The translations under genes were made by a program, and so were the position numbers. Shown here one piece after another: positions 7,463 to 11,828 of a stretch of 11,828 nucleotides of DNA. Under the pieces are notes generated by a model, which was not told where the DNA came from, did no database searches, and was given only the letters and a program-made list of their open reading frames with translations. How positions within the stretch are numbered: position 1 is the first letter of the stretch; every line of letters begins with the position of its first letter. The DNA is from Archangium sp. (GTDB lineage: Bacteria > Myxococcota > Myxococcia > Myxococcales > Myxococcaceae), in the NCBI GenBank assembly GCA_031367385.1, contig JANLPS010000354.1, forward strand, positions 1 through 11,828, read 5' to 3'.

Positions 7463-7933
7463 TTAGGCCACTGCCAGTACGGCGATTCGCAGCCCTCGTG
7501 ACTCCAGCTCCTCGCGAATGCGGGTGACCGCTTCGGGGCTCGGCGGGCCGTGGTGACCGACGAGGGTCAAGGCCACTTCATTGGGCCCGACCCGTTCGAT
7601 TTCGACCTTGGCGGCGAGCGTGTTGTTGAGCGTCACCTCTGCCGCGGGGCGCTCCGACTTCACGAAGGCGCCGATCTGCGTGCTCAGGCGCAAAGCGTAG
7701 AGCGCTCGAAGGTTGTTCTCGGTGGCGGCCGCCCGGGCTCCAGCGGGCCCGGTGTGCTCGTGTGCGACGTTCGAGTTGGCGACCTCCTGGTTGAACCGCT
7801 CGAGCGTCGGGTGGTTGAACTCAGAGACGAGCTCGCGAAGCAGGTGGCGCGCGACCGGAGTTCGCAGCCGTTCGTCGGCCTCGGTGACTCCCTCGACCTC
7901 AATCGTCATCGCGTCGAACTCGGTGGCGTTCAT
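7463..7933 (-). CDS. Hypothetical protein, C-terminal half resembling the FliK/SctP T3S4 domain
   Basis: GC3-biased ORF filling the gap between genes; helix, three amphipathic strands, helix, strand pattern ending RIREELESRGLRIAVLAV. Start at 7933 or 7909; ATG 7963 overlaps the predicted promoter. Confidence 0.65.
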   Translation of the reverse strand: MNATEFDAMTIEVEGVTEADERLRTPVARHLLRELVSEFNHPTLERFNQEVANSNVAHEHTGPAGARAAATENNLRALYALRLSTQIGAFVKSERPAAEVTLNNTLAAKVEIERVGPNEVALTLVGHHGPPSPEAVTRIREELESRGLRIAVLAVA

Positions 7934-7946
7934 GGGCGGCACGCTG

Positions 7947-7962
7947 AGCAGCCGCCGTGCCA
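7947..7962 (-). promoter_or_regulatory. Putative sigma54 (-24/-12) promoter
   Basis: TGGCACG-GCGG-CTGCT versus consensus TGGCACG-N4-TTGCW: one mismatch, exact GG-N10-GC spacing, oriented toward the 7463-7933 gene. Confidence 0.7.
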
Positions 7963-8013
7963 TTGTCTAACCGCTCGAGTTCACGCACACCGTCGAGGGT
8001 GCACCGTGACGCT

Positions 8014-9051
8014 TTAGTGCTTGAAGCCGCCCGGCTGCGAGGGGTTGAGGCCGGTCAGATCGTTGATGGCGGCGGGGCACTTCATGATGTCGGCGGGGTT
8101 GCCCAGCATCACGCCGTTGCTCCAGTCGCGGTCATCGAAGAGCAGCGCCTCGGTCACCTCGACCTCGGTCAGTGAGGTGTTCATCTCCCAGAACCGGCCT
8201 TTGACCAGCATGCGCTGACCCCGGGAGATCTTCTCGAGGTCGAGAAACTGCTTCGGCGCGAGCTTCGCGTAGACCCGAATCGGCGGAGGCGGCTCGTAGT
8301 TCTTGCTCTGCAGGTCGAGCACCTTTTTTCGCGGGTCAGGCGGCACGTACTCGAGCACCGCGACCATGTCGGTGAGCTGCGCGGGCTTGAGCTTCTTGCC
8401 CTTGGGCACGTTGAAGCCGGTGTCGACCAGGGTCACGCCGCCCCAGGCGATGTCGCGGTTCACGTAGTCGTCGTGAAAGCTCTGCGCCACGTCGGTGGTG
8501 ACGGCGCTGTTGGCCATCGCCACCTCGAGGTAGTAGCGCTGCTTGAGCAGGGGTATTTGAAAGTACGCGCTGTCGACCAGCTGCAAGCCGTCGTTGAGCT
8601 GCCGCAACCGGGCGATGTCGATGATGCGCACCTTCGCGTTGATCGCCTTGGCGGTGTCGAGCCAGGCATCGGGCAGCCGCTTGTCGATCATCACCCGGCG
8701 CACCATCGCCACCAGGTACGACATCGCGGTGAAATACGGCGTGCTCAGCTGCTGCTGCACGGCATCGACCAGCACCGGGTCTAAGAAGAAGTTCTCGTCG
8801 CGCTTGTGCATCGTGGGCCCCAGCTCGGCCAGGGCGGTGAAGAGGCCTCCGAGCAGCTGAACGCAGGCCGGGTTGTCGATGCCCGAGCCGGGCTCGGAGG
8901 CGAGCAGCTTCGAGAGCTTGGTCTTGGCGAACTTGCGATCGAGGTTCTCTTCGCGAAAGACGACCGGCTTGCCACTGCCGAAGAGCTCTTCTTTCTGGGC
9001 CGAGGCCGAGAGAGAGGCCAGAAAAGCCATCGCGAGAATCAGACGTTGCAT
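8014..9051 (-). CDS. Secreted hypothetical protein with probable C-terminal OB fold
   Basis: Signal peptide MQRLILAMAFLASLSASA (AxA site); helical N-terminal half; C-terminal DDYVNRDIAWGGVTLVD...LEKISRGQRMLVKGRF...VEVTEA resembles OB-fold strand order. Confidence 0.75.
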   Translation of the reverse strand: MQRLILAMAFLASLSASAQKEELFGSGKPVVFREENLDRKFAKTKLSKLLASEPGSGIDNPACVQLLGGLFTALAELGPTMHKRDENFFLDPVLVDAVQQQLSTPYFTAMSYLVAMVRRVMIDKRLPDAWLDTAKAINAKVRIIDIARLRQLNDGLQLVDSAYFQIPLLKQRYYLEVAMANSAVTTDVAQSFHDDYVNRDIAWGGVTLVDTGFNVPKGKKLKPAQLTDMVAVLEYVPPDPRKKVLDLQSKNYEPPPPIRVYAKLAPKQFLDLEKISRGQRMLVKGRFWEMNTSLTEVEVTEALLFDDRDWSNGVMLGNPADIMKCPAAINDLTGLNPSQPGGFKH

Positions 9052-9059
9052 CGGGGCGG

Positions 9060-9068
9060 AGGGTAGCA
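9060..9068 (-). promoter_or_regulatory. Putative extended -10 element (TG-C-TACCCT)
   Basis: TGnTAnnnT lying 8 nt before ATG 9051, no Shine-Dalgarno sequence. Confidence 0.5.
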
Positions 9069-9100
9069 CCTGCCGCCGAACGCGAGGTTCCTTCGATTAT

Positions 9101-10249
9101 TCAAAGGGGCCTTCGAGACAGCCCCACCGCGACCACCGCCAGAGGAAAAAGCTCCAGAAAACCGGCGATTGCGAAGAGTTGGTGGCCTCCGACGTGGGCG
9201 TACAGAGCCCCCGAGCCCGAGTACCCCACGAGGCCCCCCAGGCCGAAGGTGATGGCATTGAACAGGGCTTGGCCGGTCGAGCGCATCGACTCGGGCACGT
9301 GCCGGGCGACCTCGGCCACCGAGGCCACGTAGTAGGCGCCGAAGCTGAACCCGTGCAGCAGCGCCAGCGCGGTGAGCCACAGCACGTCGCTCGTCAACGC
9401 CATGCCCCACCAGCGCAGCGCGCTCAGCCCGAAGCTCAGCATCAACAGGTGCCTGGCACTCACCCGCTGCGACCAGTGCGGCCACAGCGTCATCACCACC
9501 ACCTCCGAGCTCACGGCGACTCCGGCGGTCAGCCCGATGGCCCACGGAGCGAGGCCGAGCGCGGTGTAGTGGGTGCTGAGCGAGCCATGGTACGGCGTGC
9601 TCGCGACCCAATGGAGCGTGGTGGCGAGCAGCAACAGCACCAGCTCGCGGTTCGAAAGCAACCTCGCCGCCGCGGTGAAGCTCGGCCTGGGGCCTTCGGT
9701 CGCCACCCGCCTGGGGGCCCGTGCCAGCGTCAGCGCACACCAGGCCGCCGCCGCCGCGAGAAAGGCGATCGGCACCAACACGGTGAGCCTGTCGACTCGG
9801 GCAATCGAGTACCCGAAGGTCAGGGTCGCGATGACGAACCCGAACGAGCCCCATCGCCGAATGTGCCCGTAGTTGCCGCCGCCACGCGCCAGGTGCTGCA
9901 GTGAGAGTGAGTCGACGATCGCCGTCACCGACGAACCGAACACCGCGTACAGCGCCATCGAGAGCAGCGCGGTCGTGAACGTCGAGGCGCCGAGCAACAC
10001 GGTGTAGCCAAGCAGGGCGCCGACGCAGAGAATCAGCAGCACCAGCCCCGGGCGCCCGGTGCGGTCGGCCAGCTGACCCCACAGCGGAGGCGCGAAGAGC
10101 GCGAACACCGGGCTGACCGAGAGCAGCACGCCGATTTGAGCGGCGGTGAGCCCCAGCGAGGCGAAGTACGCCGGCATGAAGGGCAGCGACACGCCGACCG
10201 TCAAGAAGAAGAGAAAATAGAAAATAGAGAGGCGAAACGAGGTCACCAC
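9101..10249 (-). CDS. MFS transporter (MFS_1_like, HcaT/LacY-related)
   Basis: About 12 hydrophobic segments; PFMP.YF..LGL...QIG, WGQLADRTG, YGHIRRWGSFGF, LLHGFSFG, RSTGQALF. GTG start at 10249 or 10246; the longer ORF start overlaps the divergent GNAT gene. Confidence 0.9.
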   Translation of the reverse strand: MVTSFRLSIFYFLFFLTVGVSLPFMPAYFASLGLTAAQIGVLLSVSPVFALFAPPLWGQLADRTGRPGLVLLILCVGALLGYTVLLGASTFTTALLSMALYAVFGSSVTAIVDSLSLQHLARGGGNYGHIRRWGSFGFVIATLTFGYSIARVDRLTVLVPIAFLAAAAAWCALTLARAPRRVATEGPRPSFTAAARLLSNRELVLLLLATTLHWVASTPYHGSLSTHYTALGLAPWAIGLTAGVAVSSEVVVMTLWPHWSQRVSARHLLMLSFGLSALRWWGMALTSDVLWLTALALLHGFSFGAYYVASVAEVARHVPESMRSTGQALFNAITFGLGGLVGYSGSGALYAHVGGHQLFAIAGFLELFPLAVVAVGLSRRPL

Positions 10250-10328
10250 GGCGCCCGCCGACTTAGCAGTCAGGTGCGCGGGACGATGCTGGTATGCGTG
10301 GCGCGTTTCCTTTAGGGTGCCCGCCGTC

Positions 10329-10802
10329 ATGACCGAGGCTCCCGACACCGTCGTCAACGTCAGGCCCATCGCAAACGAGGGCGAGCTGTTTCAGGCGCTT
10401 GCCATTCGCGAAATCGTCTTCATCGAAGAGCAGAGCGTGCCTGAATCACTCGAGCGAGACGCTGAAGATGCCTCGGCATTTCATGTGCTTGCGCTCAGGG
10501 GCGGCCACGCGATTGGCACCGGCCGGCTGGTCGAGCTCTCGGCCGCCCCCGCAGGTGAGAGCGGCAAGTGGGGCCGGGTTGGCCGCATGGCGGTGCTGCA
10601 ATCTGACCGCAAGTTTGGCGTGGGCTCGAAACTGCTGACGTCGCTCGAGGCCGAGGCGACCAAGCGGTCGATGAGCGGCATCATGCTGCACGCCCAGGTC
10701 GCCGCGATGGAGTTCTACCGGCGGCATGGCTACGAGCCCCACGGTGGCGTCTTCGATGAAGCTGGCATGCCGCACCTCGAAATGAAAAAGCGGCTGGGGT
10801 GA
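10329..10802 (+). CDS. GNAT family N-acetyltransferase (ElaA/YjcF-like)
   Basis: IREIVFIEEQSVP..LERD..D, IGTGRL, GRMAVL...RKFGVG, LHAQ...FY...GY, FDEAGMPHLEM. Confidence 0.92.
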   Translation: MTEAPDTVVNVRPIANEGELFQALAIREIVFIEEQSVPESLERDAEDASAFHVLALRGGHAIGTGRLVELSAAPAGESGKWGRVGRMAVLQSDRKFGVGSKLLTSLEAEATKRSMSGIMLHAQVAAMEFYRRHGYEPHGGVFDEAGMPHLEMKKRLG

Positions 10803-11828
10803 GCGCCGTGCTTTCTTGGGTCGGCATCGTTGCGATGGCCGCCATGTGGCTGATTCTGGCGATCGAGGTCGGAGCGGTGCTGTACCTGACCCGGTTTCGC
10901 TCGCGCTCGGCGCCTCCGACCTGGCCCAGCATCTCGATTCTCAAGCCCCTCGCCGGGCTCGATGACGAGCTCGAGCTGAACCTCGAGTCGCACATTGTGA
11001 TCGACTACCCCGGGGAGTGGGAGATCTTGCTCGGTCTGCGCAGCGAGCAAGACGCGGCGTACCCGCTCGCCAAGGCCTTCGCCCAGAAGCACGCGCCGCT
11101 GGTGCGCCTGGTGATGCAGGAGGGTGAGCCCGGTCTCAACCCCAAGGTCAACCAGCTGATCACCCTGACCAAGCACGCGAAGTTCGAGACCATCTCGCTG
11201 ACCGACTCGAACGTGCGGGTCGCTCCGACCTGGCTGCGCGAGCACGCGCTGTTCTTGAGCCGGCCCAACGTGGGGCTGACCTCGCACGGCTTCGTCGGTG
11301 TGGGTGAGAACACGCTGGGCAGTGCCTTCGACAACCTGACCCTGACCGCGTTTTTCCCCCAGCTGGTGACGGCTGACGTGCTGCTGCGGGTGACGCAGAT
11401 CGTCTCGAAGTCGCTGGCGATCAAACGTGAAGCGCTCGAGGCGGTCGGCGGTTGGGAGGCCTTCAAAGACCTGCTGGCCGAAGATCAACGGCTGGGCGCG
11501 GCGTTGGCTGAGAAGGGGTACCGCTCGGCGGTATGCCCGACGCCGGTGCACAACGTTCAGAAGACCCAGAACTTCGGCTACTTCTGGAGCCGCCACACCC
11601 GCTGGGCGATGATTCGCTTCAAGGTCTTGCCCGTGGTGTGGCTCGAGCCGCTCATCAACCCGTTCTTCGTCACGATGCTGCTGTTGGCGACGAATGGCTC
11701 CCAGCGCTGGGCCTGGTGGATGGCGCTGGCGACGATGTTCTACTCGATGGCGTTCGCCCAGCTGACCGCGCTGCTCTCACGCGGCTACGGGTTCTCGCTC
11801 AAGTGGGTGCTGCTGGTGCCGGTGCGCG
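10799..11828 (+). CDS. GT21-type glycosyltransferase (ceramide glucosyltransferase/HpnI-like); 3' end beyond the window
   Basis: Hand translation from GTG 10799 is open to the window end: N-terminal TM, PSISILKPLAGLDD, DYP, GLNPKVNQL, TDSNVRV, EAVGGWEAFKDLLAED, RHTRW, then TM segments. Not in the supplied ORF track. Confidence 0.9.
   Translation, partial: MSAVLSWVGIVAMAAMWLILAIEVGAVLYLTRFRSRSAPPTWPSISILKPLAGLDDELELNLESHIVIDYPGEWEILLGLRSEQDAAYPLAKAFAQKHAPLVRLVMQEGEPGLNPKVNQLITLTKHAKFETISLTDSNVRVAPTWLREHALFLSRPNVGLTSHGFVGVGENTLGSAFDNLTLTAFFPQLVTADVLLRVTQIVSKSLAIKREALEAVGGWEAFKDLLAEDQRLGAALAEKGYRSAVCPTPVHNVQKTQNFGYFWSRHTRWAMIRFKVLPVVWLEPLINPFFVTMLLLATNGSQRWAWWMALATMFYSMAFAQLTALLSRGYGFSLKWVLLVPVR

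Noticed and set aside
7997..8004. GGGTGCAC matching the first 8 nt of the putative IS terminal repeat
   Set aside because: The match collapses after 8 nt and there is no transposase remnant nearby; compatible with chance.
7981..8009. Imperfect palindrome TCACG...CGTGA as a terminator or enhancer site
   Set aside because: Weak interrupted stem, no U-tract, and closer to the sigma54 box than typical enhancer sites.
9090..9107. 7-bp hairpin overlapping the MFS stop codon
   Set aside because: Weak, includes a G-U pair and lacks a U-tract; not supportable as a terminator.
10290..10304. sigma54-like TGGTATGCGTGGCGC upstream of the GNAT gene
   Set aside because: Spacing is correct but the TT before the -12 GC is missing; too weak to call in GC-rich DNA.

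Overview
GC-rich bacterial chromosomal window, very probably from a myxobacterium (it carries a MYXO-CTERM-type sorting signal). Left to right: the right-hand part of an ISKra4-like (IS256/Mutator superfamily) element whose end abuts the probable -10 box of mltG; mltG; a convergent orphan membrane protein with two homologous HTH-like repeats flanking two TM helices, preceded by a 94-bp palindromic four-box array; a large MYXO-CTERM-anchored M36/M4 metallopeptidase; a divergent archaeal/fungal-type asd; a 7Fe ferredoxin (fdxA); a small FliK/SctP(T3S4)-like orphan behind a near-consensus sigma54 promoter; a secreted protein with a probable OB fold; an MFS permease; and, divergently, an ElaA/YjcF-like GNAT overlapping a GT21 (ceramide glucosyltransferase/HpnI-like) gene that runs off the window and is absent from the ORF track. 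The best candidate for an undescribed system is the dual-HTH membrane protein with its box array. All family calls are from motif recognition by eye; no searches were run.
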